DNA from: Rhynchopus sp. YZ270_cl-10
Taxonomy: Eukaryota
Reading direction: 5' to 3'
DNA: 64,000 nt
Assembly (NCBI GenBank): GCA_964035575.1
Contig: OZ037841.1
Location: 1,302,001-1,366,000, forward strand
Positions 25,213 to 36,236 of this stretch are shown here, in pieces (within the stretch, counting starts at the first letter, position 1; every line of letters begins with the position of its first letter). Position numbers and translations under genes: made by a program. The notes under the pieces were generated by a model. It did no database searches and was not told where the DNA came from. It saw nothing but the letters and a program-made list of their open reading frames with translations.

Positions 25213-27015
25213 ATGGGAATGGAGCCTTATGACAGCCGCTACAGCGAGCAGAGTGGTGTCGGCACTACCATCATCCCTTCTACCTCCACCGCGAAGCACA
25301 GCACAAATACCTCCCCAACCTCCTCCTCGTCTTCCTTTTCGGGGTCGGCTCTTTCCGTTGTGAGTCACCACGCTGCTACCCCTTCTCCCTCTTCTTCTCC
25401 CTCTTCATGCTCCAGATCGAGTTGCCTTGTATCATTTATGTGTATTGGAGTGCTTTGCGGGGTATTGGGAATCATAAAAACTTCATTCACCCCCGACGAT
25501 GCAACAGAAGAAAGGATTAAGGCTATGGAACATTCTATTGACGATATGGTGGAAGCAGCAGAGAGGAGGGTTCGACCACACCGCGAGAGAACTGATCTGC
25601 ATATGAGGATGTTATATGGCGACCAGCAGGACGATGCATTTCATGACACAAACTCAAGCAGTGTTGACCCAGATTTTCGCGAGGTCAAAGGAAGGCTATC
25701 ACGCAGGGAGGCAGTACGACACACTATATCCTCCGCATGGCTCGCATTTGAACACTACGAACTAACCAGAACAGTGCGACGCACTGTCGGAGGAAAGACC
25801 TCCCGGTTTAACGTTGCGAGCGAAATCGCTTTGTTTCAATTAGTTGACTCATTGGATACGCTGCACATTGCTGGGTTGATGCAGTTGTATCACAGAGCAG
25901 AAGGCCATGTCATGAGAAATGCGGGTGCCTTAGTGGGTGCAGCGAATACGGCAGAGAAGGCGACGAGGATTGCATCGGGGCTTCTTGCCGCATATGCGTT
26001 GTCGCAGAACGCAAAGTTGTTGTCTCTTGCGGCGACGGTGGCGGAGGAGCATATAGCGGGGGTCGAGGATTTTGCGGAAACGAAAGTCTCGTTTTCGGTG
26101 GCCCCCTTTTCCGGTAATGAGTCCGACGCAGATTTGCTGCTGCTCTATAATTATTTGGATCATGCGACAAAAAAGACGAATTTCTCGCTGAGGGCTGACA
26201 CACAACGTCCGCAGACGGTAACCCCACAGTGCACTGAAGGTGATTCTGGGCTTTTGTGTGGCTCGCTTCTGAACCTCTGGCTTGGTGCTGGGCAGGTTCA
26301 TCAGAAGTATCTTTCAGAGTATGAGCTTGCAGCAGACTACATCGCCTCTCATTTGCATGCGGTCGGTGATGATATGGGGGTGCTTGCGAAGGATCTGAAT
26401 GCTTCCTTTGAGTCGCATACGATGTCGCATCTTGCCTGCGCGGTGCCTGGTGTGCTCGCGCAGGGTGCGTTGTACGTAAAGCCACATAGCCGTGCTGAGG
26501 CGCACCTCCATGCTGCAAAGAAGCTTGCAAAGTTCTGTATGTACCTCCACGAATCTGCGTCAGGACTCCTCCCAGAGGAGTTGACGTATGGAAAAGATGG
26601 GGTGGAGATGACAGTACCACAGGGGATGCTGAGAGGGGATGCAGTAAGGTCGTTCTTCATCATGCATAAGGTGACGAGTGATCATGTGTACCGCGAATGG
26701 GCGTGGCGGGCGTATGTCAGCATGGAGACCCACGCCCGTGCCTGCAAAGACTGCGAGCACGAAGACAACGCCTTCTACTCCTCCGTCTCCGACGTCCGTG
26801 CCTACCCACCAGTCCAAACAGGGCGTATGCCGCCATGGTTCCTCGGTGAAACCCTCAAGTACCTCTTCCTCACCTACGAAGATGCCCTCCCCTTTGACTG
26901 TTGGGTGTGGGGACCCCATGGGCATGCGCTCCCGCGTCATGTCGTTCGTGGGTCAAGAAACCACTCGATATCCGTGAAGTGTTTTGTGCCAGATGTGAAT
27001 ATCTTTGCTGGATGA
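25213..27015 (+). CDS. Type II membrane GH47 alpha-1,2-mannosidase-like protein with degenerate active site
   Basis: Ser-rich tail then TM (LVSFMCIGVLCGVLGII); LVDSLDTL, GLLAAYALS, HLACAVPG, YREWAW, FLGETLKYLFL. Confidence 0.85.
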   Translation: MGMEPYDSRYSEQSGVGTTIIPSTSTAKHSTNTSPTSSSSSFSGSALSVVSHHAATPSPSSSPSSCSRSSCLVSFMCIGVLCGVLGIIKTSFTPDDATEERIKAMEHSIDDMVEAAERRVRPHRERTDLHMRMLYGDQQDDAFHDTNSSSVDPDFREVKGRLSRREAVRHTISSAWLAFEHYELTRTVRRTVGGKTSRFNVASEIALFQLVDSLDTLHIAGLMQLYHRAEGHVMRNAGALVGAANTAEKATRIASGLLAAYALSQNAKLLSLAATVAEEHIAGVEDFAETKVSFSVAPFSGNESDADLLLLYNYLDHATKKTNFSLRADTQRPQTVTPQCTEGDSGLLCGSLLNLWLGAGQVHQKYLSEYELAADYIASHLHAVGDDMGVLAKDLNASFESHTMSHLACAVPGVLAQGALYVKPHSRAEAHLHAAKKLAKFCMYLHESASGLLPEELTYGKDGVEMTVPQGMLRGDAVRSFFIMHKVTSDHVYREWAWRAYVSMETHARACKDCEHEDNAFYSSVSDVRAYPPVQTGRMPPWFLGETLKYLFLTYEDALPFDCWVWGPHGHALPRHVVRGSRNHSISVKCFVPDVNIFAG

Positions 27016-28898
27016 AAAGAGATGGCAAAGAAAGATATGCACAGCAGAAATTGTCGAACACAGATGGAAGACGGAACCTACAGAGAGTAAGGGTTGTAGT
27101 GGTAGATTAGTAAAAGGACAGATCAGGTGGTATAATGTTGTTCAGTTTTACATTATGATGGCAGAGTCGCAAGGCTCATGCGCGTCTTGTTATTAAAGGT
27201 GGACGTGCACAGCGGGCATAAAATTATCTTCCAAAAAAAAAATAATAGTGGAGCACACTCTAGGGTGGCTACACTAATACAACCAAGTTTTCAAAAAAAA
27301 AAAACTTCCCCCTCCTCGCCCCCTTCTTGTTTTTTAAAGGTGACTCAGCACGAGAGGGCCATCTTATAAACTTTTCTTTTTTAGGTACACTCATTTTCCC
27401 CCTTTTTCAACTTCCTTAAGCCCCTTTTCCAGACACCCCTTCTGTTTTTCAATCAAGGTGACAAAGCACGAGAGGCTTAGGGTCATCTTATAAACTCTTT
27501 CTGTTTTTTGTTTTTGTTTTTGTTGTTGGTTTCACTGTGCTTTTTCATTTTCACTTATTGCTCTAAAATCTCCTCTACCTGAAGCTTGAGGCAGCTTTCG
27601 CGAGATCTGTGATTTTTTTTGTACAGTTTGTTCGCCGAAGAGTGTACCGGGGTAGACTAATTGACTCCCCCAGATGGTGTGGCTAACTCCAAAAATAAAG
27701 TGTAATTTTTGTACTTCTTTTGTATTTTTTTTGTATACCCAAAAAAGGGGGTTTTTTTTATTTTTGGTACCAATTCGTACTTTCCCCATCGCCCCAAGTC
27801 ATGGCCCAAAAGTTCCTGGCGAAGCCACGGTACGCAACATTTCTGAAAAATGTCGACATAAATTGGCACTGTCGTTGGTAATTATCGTCAGTTCCGTTAA
27901 ATTTTACCTACGTATTTTGCTAGAACGAAAGTTTCTGGCGAAGCCACGGTGCGCAACATTTCAAAAAATTGCGCTTATATTTGCACATTTGTGCTGAACT
28001 ATGTCATGGGAAAGGGTGGGTTGCAATCTTGCGCCGCAGGCGCACGGTACGCTACTTTTTTCGTTGGCCATGCTGCATGCTTCCTTCTTCTTTCTCACTC
28101 CTCATTGGGTTCTACGAGCTCCGTCCGTAAAATGGTGGGGTCACAACATGCAGCAAAGTTCGCAGCTATGCAAACTGCCCCCACGTTTACTTTGCACTTT
28201 ACCCTCAGTGGTCAAGTACTGACCATATTTTACACTAAACCTGAAAATGCCCTGTAAAAACTGACACATGCATTTTAGGTCAAAAATACTCATTTCTCAG
28301 CGCAAAGTGACCCCATCACAGCACGCACGGACTCCCGAGAATCGAGAAAAAAAATTTTCCCCCAATTTTTTGGGGGCCAAAAAAGAAAAATTTCCCCCCG
28401 ACCCCCCGACTCCGACCCCCCAAAAAGTTTATACAGGGAAATAATTTTTCGCAAAAAACACCCCAAAAATAAAGTGTAATTTTTGTACTTCTTTTGTAGT
28501 TGTTTTGTGCTGTTTTTGTACTGGATTTAGCCACACCAGCCAGAAACATTTTTTTTTCCCCGACCGAGCTGCGTTTTAGCACGTTTCAACTACTCTTTTT
28601 TTTGTCTTGCTTGCATCCATTGAAGTGTTTACATTTTGAACTTGGTGGTTTACTTTAAACTTTTCTCTTTTGTTCGCTCGCAAAATGAAAAAGCAATCGA
28701 GTTGTGCCAAAAACAAAACAAAAAACCCCCCCACGTATGGTGTGATCTAAACGACGCAAACGGTTACAAAAAGACACATTTTTTTTTTCCAACCCCACGC
28801 CTTTCTCCTCCACCCCGTTAACCTGAGTGTGCACGAAACCAATACCAGATTTTTATGTTCAAACTTCCATTTTATGTAATTAAACCCCGTTATGCAGA

Positions 28899-29122
28899 CA
28901 CGGTGCGGTAGTCAGCCAATTACAACCATACATGCCAACCCAAATGTCATATCAATATTATGACAACCCTACAGTCCTGATTAACACCCCAAAAAACTGA
29001 CTGTAGGCAAGACATCTCGCATGCAATAAGGTTGTTAATGAGAACCCCAGGGTTGTCACTCAACGAAGGTAGTCATGTGATGTGGTCATTTGGGTTGTCA
29101 TTGGGCTGACGACCGCACCGTG
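28899..29122. mobile_element. MITE with CACGG termini (CMC-like)
   Basis: CACGGTGCGGTAGTCAGCCAATTACAACC / GGTTGTCATTGGGCTGACGACCGCACCGTG; GA on both flanks (possible 2-bp TSD). Confidence 0.65.
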
Positions 29123-30342
29123 GACCCGTCGTTTTCCCACCCCTGTTTTTGCACCTGCTAACATGCCGTTTTCCTTTCGTGCAGTGTGGTGCGCGAACTC
29201 TCCCTTGGCTTCCCATAACGCTCGTTTTTACAAACGTGCAAAACAAAATAAAATGGGAGGGGCGAGGGGGGGACCAATAAAGTGCAAAGGCTTCGGCTGA
29301 TATTGAGTACAGATCTTTATACCAGGTGTAAAGAGATTGTCAATACAACACAAAAAAAGTACGTTGCGTGAATGTTAGAAAGTGGAGATTTGCACTATAC
29401 GTGGCAACACGACTGTCACGAGAGGCTTTGTACTTGCATCAAGTATTATTTTTTTAAAAAATGTGCAAGGTGGCATGGGTGCGTTCAAGTTCCATGTCGA
29501 GTTATACAGACCGGTGTGTGATGTGGTAAGTTTTCTTTTGCCGTTTGGTGGGACTCAAGTTCAAAAAGAAAAGTTTTTCGTACACTTTTTTCTCAGGTTC
29601 CGACCAGCAAACGGCCCGGTACTTGAAGGAATAGTGTATTTATTTTTTAAAAGAAAGAGGCAAGGCGGACACACACCTATGCAATTTTTTTAATGACGAC
29701 GCACGACTTTCATTCGAGGCTGGCATCATACAGGCCAGTCAGAAGGTGCCTGCGTCAACTACAATTTTTTCTCCCTTTTCTCCGGAACTAATTTTTGCTT
29801 CTTTGAGCGCATTCTTGCGCTAGTATTGTTCACTACCCCACCCCCGTCTCCTCTTCCCTCCCTTCTCCCCTTCCACCCTCTTATTGTCTTTTTTTTTGTT
29901 CCCAAAATGGAACTGGTAACATCGGATAAAAAGAAACTGACACCACCTCCTTTTGAATTTGTGGGTTCCCCCCTTTCATTATGTGTGGTCAAACTCACAC
30001 ACCCTCCTCCCCAGCTGCTGCGTTCATCGAAATAGCGCTCACAACTTACCTCTTCTCGGGAGGAAGCAGCTCCAAATTCAGCGTATTTTTCTCCGCACAG
30101 AACGCACCGTGTCCGTCCCATAGTCTGCTTCGGAGTGCTGGTCGAGGTCAACTGCCTCACTTCATACTGCGCTGCTACGTTCCTTTTCGCAGCGATCTTA
30201 CTATTTTTTGAAGCGTTCCCTACACTGTTCAACTTCTTGCTCTTTTCCTCTTTTATCAAAAAAAAAACCCCCCCCCCCCAGCTCTGCAAACAAAACCCTT
30301 TTCACCAACACCCCTAGACCCCTACCGCAGAAGCAACATAAT

Positions 30343-32499
30343 ATGAGTGGGACAAATGTTGTTAAGGATACGCCTGCAAGGCGGTTTGCGCGTGTCGAGA
30401 TGATTCGCACGCTTCAGAAGCGTGCACGGTGGTGGGAAGGGGGTGCGTTGACGGATGAAGAGCGTGAGGAGTTAGAGGACGAGGACATGCCGGGGATCCT
30501 GGAGGAGGCGCAAGGCGTGCTGAAGGTGGTGTCAGCGTGCATCAAGGCGGGCACACCTCTGCCTGCATCCGAGGTTCCCAACGTCGGCACAGCGTGCGCC
30601 GCCGCCCCCCTCCTCTCCACCGTCGCCAAGGCGCTTGCCTCCATCCGCGCCAACACCCCCATTCCACCCCCAGCAGCGGACATCCGCGATACCTTCTCCG
30701 CCCTTCACTACCTTGTTGATCCGCTTCTCTTCTCGTTCACCAAAGAAGGAAAAAGGTATGGCGAAGACGACGATGATGGAATGCCCATTCTCATCCCTAC
30801 GGTCTACACCCATAAGGGAGGGGCCGGGTTTGCACCGTCGGGGTATATCAATGGGGTGCAGCTGTGCGATGCGCAGAAAGGGTTTGACGAAGCGACACGG
30901 AAGGTTTTGGAGGCGGCGTATCCGCTGTTGAGTGCGACCACATGCTTTGGGGCGCCTGCGGGGGATGGTGGTGCGCATGAGACCGCTGAAGTGGTTCTGA
31001 CGGACGAAGAAAAGGCTGAGGTAGCTTCCGCCACCGCTGCGATGATCGCAGACAACGGAGGTGACGACCAGCTTGCGGACGGTTCTGCCACCATGCAGCT
31101 TGTTGGGCGGATCCACGAGGAGTCGCCTCGAAGTGGGGTGCGTTCTGGTGCGGAGTGGGTACGCTGCGACTCCACGCTTGCCAGACTCACAGCAGATCTT
31201 GACGTTTCTTCCAAAGCCTTTCTCGATACGGCTATCACCGAATTTGCGAAGTGCGATCCCATCACCACTAAAACAGTGCGAAGCCATTTCAATGATGACG
31301 CCACCTCTGATCCCAAGGACTCCGATGGCGACTCCGATAGCGACCCAGAACCAAAGAAAAAACGCCGCAAAACGGACCCCCAATGTCCTTGGGAGATGTG
31401 CTTCGCAGGAAACCTTTCTGCCCTGAAACGCTGTCTCTGGGTGTGTGGGGGTACCGTGGACTATGTGCATAAAGAGAGAGGTACGACGATGCTGTACACT
31501 GCGTGTAGGTTTGGGCATGAGGATGTGGCTAGGTATCTTCTGGAGCTTGGCGCGAATCCGAATGTCGCGAACACTGCTGCAGGGTCCGCGTCGTCCCCTC
31601 TCCACGGTGCGGCGTTTGGGGCACACCCCACGCTTGTTGCCTTGCTCCTTGAGTTTGGCGCAGACAGCACTGCCACCAACACACACGGCGACACACCTCT
31701 CAAGGACGCTTCAACCAATTCTTCCCCTGCCGCAAAAAAATGCATCAAACTTCTCAAAGAGCACACCCCGGTCCAGACTGACACACAAGACCTGTCCCCA
31801 CCGGCCCTCCTCTTGCAAATCCTGAAGGAGAAAGGTGGAGACCTGAAGGCCGCCTTCTTAAGTGCATACCACACAATGAGGACGTCGGAGTACGAGAGTG
31901 CGTCGCCTGATCTGCGGGAGGTGGTGAAGAGGAGGAGACGGATGCAATCGTATTGTGCGGGGAAGGAGACTGTGGGGGAGAAAACAAAGAAGAAGATGTC
32001 GGTTTCGTGGCAAGCGATGGACGTGAATTTGAATGCAGAGAATCCAATATTCTATGGTGCAGATATGGGGCGGAAGCACAGATGGGGGGGAGACAGTACT
32101 GTTGCGACAGCAATGTTAGTTGTCTCTGTTGAGAACGTCACACCACCCTCCGCAAGCTTCTTTGAGACCATCCCAGACTCCTGGATAAACGACGAAGAAG
32201 ATCACTCAGTCACAATGCCCCTCGGGTTTGGAGCCGAACATTACAATAACATCCGCGTTCTCGGTGAACTCCCTCTTGCAGAAGGAACTCTTGCAACCTG
32301 GAACCGCCACACCCGCCACACATTCAGCCCGATGCAAATAAAGGATGTGTCCAAACCTGCCAGACTCACAGTGCTCTACCTGTGGGTTCACGACCCCACC
32401 ACGACACATCTTACGACAGACACCTACCCCGATCAGTCGCAATGGGTTTCAAAGGAGGACGCACTGCGCAATTCAAGGGATCTTCAAAAATATTATTAG
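30343..32499 (+). CDS. DUF4246-like protein with internal ankyrin repeats
   Basis: LVDPLLF, SGYING, VATAMLVVSVENVT, HTFSPMQIKDVSKPARLTVLYLWVHDP recall DUF4246. Ankyrins: GTTMLYTACRFGH, SPLHGAAFGAH, GDTPL. NLS-like PKKKRRK. First ATG at 30343. Confidence 0.72.
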   Translation: MSGTNVVKDTPARRFARVEMIRTLQKRARWWEGGALTDEEREELEDEDMPGILEEAQGVLKVVSACIKAGTPLPASEVPNVGTACAAAPLLSTVAKALASIRANTPIPPPAADIRDTFSALHYLVDPLLFSFTKEGKRYGEDDDDGMPILIPTVYTHKGGAGFAPSGYINGVQLCDAQKGFDEATRKVLEAAYPLLSATTCFGAPAGDGGAHETAEVVLTDEEKAEVASATAAMIADNGGDDQLADGSATMQLVGRIHEESPRSGVRSGAEWVRCDSTLARLTADLDVSSKAFLDTAITEFAKCDPITTKTVRSHFNDDATSDPKDSDGDSDSDPEPKKKRRKTDPQCPWEMCFAGNLSALKRCLWVCGGTVDYVHKERGTTMLYTACRFGHEDVARYLLELGANPNVANTAAGSASSPLHGAAFGAHPTLVALLLEFGADSTATNTHGDTPLKDASTNSSPAAKKCIKLLKEHTPVQTDTQDLSPPALLLQILKEKGGDLKAAFLSAYHTMRTSEYESASPDLREVVKRRRRMQSYCAGKETVGEKTKKKMSVSWQAMDVNLNAENPIFYGADMGRKHRWGGDSTVATAMLVVSVENVTPPSASFFETIPDSWINDEEDHSVTMPLGFGAEHYNNIRVLGELPLAEGTLATWNRHTRHTFSPMQIKDVSKPARLTVLYLWVHDPTTTHLTTDTYPDQSQWVSKEDALRNSRDLQKYY

Positions 32500-32739
32500 G
32501 TCATTTCCAGCAGCCTGAGGATCCGGAGGAGGATAAGAATATAAAAGCTTAGCGACCCATCACGTTGATGAGGTCACTTTGCACTTTTCCTGAAGTCAAG
32601 TATTCATATTTTCCACACAACACCTGAAAATCGCAAAAATTGTTTCCCCCACGTTCACAAAAAAAAAAAAATGAAACTGCCTTCCTTTTTGTGTTTTCCC
32701 ACCCCCGCAAACAAGAAAATAGTGGAGCACACTCTAGGG

Positions 32740-33089
32740 CTATGCTGCGCGCGCACGCGTGCGCAGCGAATTCCGAGAAAGTGCGCACGGCAGTACTTGT
32801 TGTCATTGTTCTCCACCTCCGGTGACAACCTCTATCCCCCTTTGCGGAGGTCTTCTTCTGCTGCTCCGATGCTGTTCCCCAACTCCTCGAGCCACTGTTT
32901 GTGTGCTCCGCTTTTGTGAGAGGAGGGTGAGACACGTTTCTCCGCCTTTCTCGAAGTGCGTTTTAATCCGGGATAACCCCCTGCGCATAGGGGCTGCTAC
33001 AGTACAACAAAGGGCAACGTATAGGAGCTAGGCTACGTTGAATAAGGGCCGTGCGCAGCGAATTCTCAGAAAGTGCGCACGCAGCATAG
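32740..33089. mobile_element. 350-bp MITE with 9-bp TSD; related inverted copy at about 56850-57075
   Basis: TIR CTATGCTGCGCGCGCAC / GTGCGCACGCAGCATAG; ACTCTAGGG at 32731-32739 and 33090-33098; empty-site paralogue at 27244-27292. Confidence 0.92.
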
Positions 33090-33664
33090 ACTCTAGGGTG
33101 GCCACACTATACAACCAAGTTTTCAATAAAACAATAAAGCAATAAAGACAAAGGGAGACGTTGTGGTAGAAACGCACTCACCTCGACGTGTTGGTGAAAT
33201 GTAGCTCTACTCCAACCCGCCCCAGAATAAGAAAAAAAGGAAGGGAGTTGGTGTACGGTGTTCAATTTCCTTTTAGCATTGTATGTAATCATTTAAAAAA
33301 ACATGAGTACAAAGCAAAAAGGAACAGAAACTTCAAATAAAAGCCCATTCAAAACCACCCGCACATTCAAGTTGCAGCCGTCCATCGCGACGCTTGCACA
33401 GCTCTGAACGCTACTAATCCAGACAACCAACGTTTTAGATTTTTTTTCTATTTTGAAAAGAAAGACCACCCCAACCTTGAGGTGTCACACATTATTGTTC
33501 TATTATGATTACCTCGGGTGGGGTTTCTTCATGATTCTTTATTTTCTATTCTCTATTATTTTTTTCAACCCAAAAAACCCCAAACCAACCCCCCCCTTTT
33601 TTTTTGAATGCACTTCGAAAACTCCATTTGACCCTTTCCCAGACAGCATTTTTTTTTCCAAACC

Positions 33665-34528
33665 ATGTCGGTTCCAACAAGCCTTTCTGCTGCACAGTGG
33701 CGTACTTTTGAGGAGAACGGTTTCGTTGACTTGGGTGCTATTGTGTCTGACGCTGAGCTTGCTTCCCTTCGCACACGTCTCGACGAGATTATGCTTGGCG
33801 ACATCAAATACCCTGGGCTTATGTACCAGCTTGACCCTGGCGGGAGCTACGGAGGTACAGAAGCAATGGGGCAAACCCTTGGCTGGAAAGGTGCCACAAA
33901 AGAATATCGCAAAATCGGCGAAGCCGGATGCGGCCTCGAATGTGACGACAAATTCCGCTCTCTAATCACCTCCCCTCTCATGGTCGACATCTGTGCCCGC
34001 GTCTACGGTCCACACACACCAATCTCCCCTTACCGCGCGATGATGATGAACAAACCTGCACACTCCGGGACTGACCTTCCTTGGCACCAGGATGGAGGGG
34101 AGTTTTGGGGTGTTGACAGGGACCCGCAGGTCTTCGTATGGCTTGCCATTGACGACGCAACGGTGCACAATGGGTGTGTCAAGGTCGTGAAGCGGTCGCA
34201 CAAACGTGGGCTTCTATCTCTTCGTGGACACACCCTTTCTGAGGCTCATGTAGACGACGTCGTTTCTCCCGATGATATCGTAAATGTGGAGCTTCCCGCA
34301 GGCCACGCAGTGATGTGCCACAACCATCTCGTCCATGCTTCGTCAACAAATAGCACAGATGCCCCCCGGAGAGGCTTTTCAGTCAACTTCATGGATGCAA
34401 GGTCAAAGGTAACCAAGTCAGGTCCGATGTGTCCGATGAACTGTGAAGTGACGCCAGGCAAACCTTTTGCAAAGTGTATCATCCCGGGGACCTTAGGGAA
34501 GGATGAAAACTCTGATGCGGTGATGTAA
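33665..34528 (+). CDS. Phytanoyl-CoA dioxygenase (PhyH) family 2OG-Fe(II) oxygenase
   Basis: FEENGF, PWHQD (HxD), WLAIDDATVHNGC, LVHASSTNSTDAPRR. Confidence 0.92.
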   Translation: MSVPTSLSAAQWRTFEENGFVDLGAIVSDAELASLRTRLDEIMLGDIKYPGLMYQLDPGGSYGGTEAMGQTLGWKGATKEYRKIGEAGCGLECDDKFRSLITSPLMVDICARVYGPHTPISPYRAMMMNKPAHSGTDLPWHQDGGEFWGVDRDPQVFVWLAIDDATVHNGCVKVVKRSHKRGLLSLRGHTLSEAHVDDVVSPDDIVNVELPAGHAVMCHNHLVHASSTNSTDAPRRGFSVNFMDARSKVTKSGPMCPMNCEVTPGKPFAKCIIPGTLGKDENSDAVM

Positions 34529-36236
34529 AGGGGGTGTCAAAGAAGTGATTGAAAATTGGGGTGGGGTTGGGGGTGGTCGTGTCATTTTAGTTTTTTTTCC
34601 GGTATTGGAGGTGTTTTTGCACCTATGCAGACCGTATTGTTGCTCTTTTCGTGTGTTGTTCAGCTCGTATTCTCGCATCTCACAGTAGACATTCATATTT
34701 TCTAATTTTATTTTGATGTGCACGAGAAGTGCATTCATTTGTTTGAAGGTGACGTAAGCACAGAGAGGCTTAGGTTCATCTCATACGCTGTTCTTCAAAT
34801 ACCATCTTTTGTTTTCTCTCTTTTTGCGTTCAGAGTCAGCACAATGCCACCGCGTATAGCTTGTCAACACTCTGTGAGGTCGTTTTATCGCATTATTACG
34901 TCCAGCATTTGTATGTCTGACCCACGTAAAAATAAAATTTTCTCCACCCCCTCTTTTTCTGTGATGTTTCTCGTATGTTTTTATTTATTTTTGGTGAATA
35001 CGATGCCTGCGTCCACAGAGACGTTTGCATTTACAACTTTTATTTTTTCTCTCTCTGCGGTCTTCGAACAGTGAAGATGCTCCATTTTCTTCTCTTGTAC
35101 ATTTTTTGCACCCTCTTTGCATTCTTTTTGTTTCGCTAAGAAAAGAATGTATATGAATTCATTTGCTTCTCTTTTGCGTCTGTTTTAAAATCGGATTTTA
35201 TTTTTTTTGCACTGTCAAGTTGTGGCGAATGGCGCTCTCGTACTATTCTTTTAATAGGGTGCCGAAGTAGGGATTAGGGTTCATCTTGAAAAAAATTCCC
35301 TTTCTTCCCTCATCTCCTCTCTCCGCTTTTTGTAGTACATCCGCGGCCTGTCACGCCCTTTGCCTTTGCAATACCTTTGCCATACCACTCTTATTGATTT
35401 TAGGTGACTAAACACGAGAGGCTTAGGGTCATCTTATAAACTTTTCTCTTTATTGTGCTTCACAAGTCATTGTGTTTTTGTACAGTGGTATCTTTTCTTT
35501 TCAGAGGCGCCCCTCTGTGGTGTAGGACACCCAGTATATAGGTTGAGGTGGGGTGCTATGCATCACTCCTCTTAAGACCAGGCGCAAAGCTTAAGAGCGA
35601 CTCTAATGGGTCAGTCTCGTGGACCCCTCTCAGTCGCATTTCATGTTTAGTTAACTTCAAAGTGTTGTTGTGGAACAACAACTTTATCCTGTTCCTCCCC
35701 CCCTTTTTTTTTTACGCACACTACTTTGTGAGCGGAAAGTGTCACGTCGTTCACTCACCCAACCGTGCTCCGCAACACCACCACCCAACAGGTGATTTTT
35801 AGTGTGTGTGGAAGCGTCAACGCATCAAACAACTACAGGAAGGGGGGTGAGGGAACGACAAGTGACACTTTTGTCTTTTTGAGCAAAATAGTCACAAATC
35901 TCAAGCATTTTTTATTCCACTGAGCTGGCGTTTCAACACATTTCAACTACTCTCTTACTCAAATAATGCAAATAAAACTTCACCGCCCCCCTATGAGGCT
36001 TTGATCATCTTCAGTTCATTTGTCCTTCACATCTCCAATAACCCAGTCTCATTGCATCACTGCCCCCGCACCCTATCAGGTACACCTTATCTCCCATCTT
36101 CTCTTCCTGCATTACTCCTGTAGTGCAAAGGCGTGTGTTCCTGATTACTCATACACGTTCAAATTTCCTTCAAATTTAAATCGGAATTGAATAGCATCAT
36201 AAGCGTTCTTAGTCAGTTTTTTTTTTCTCTCTCTTC

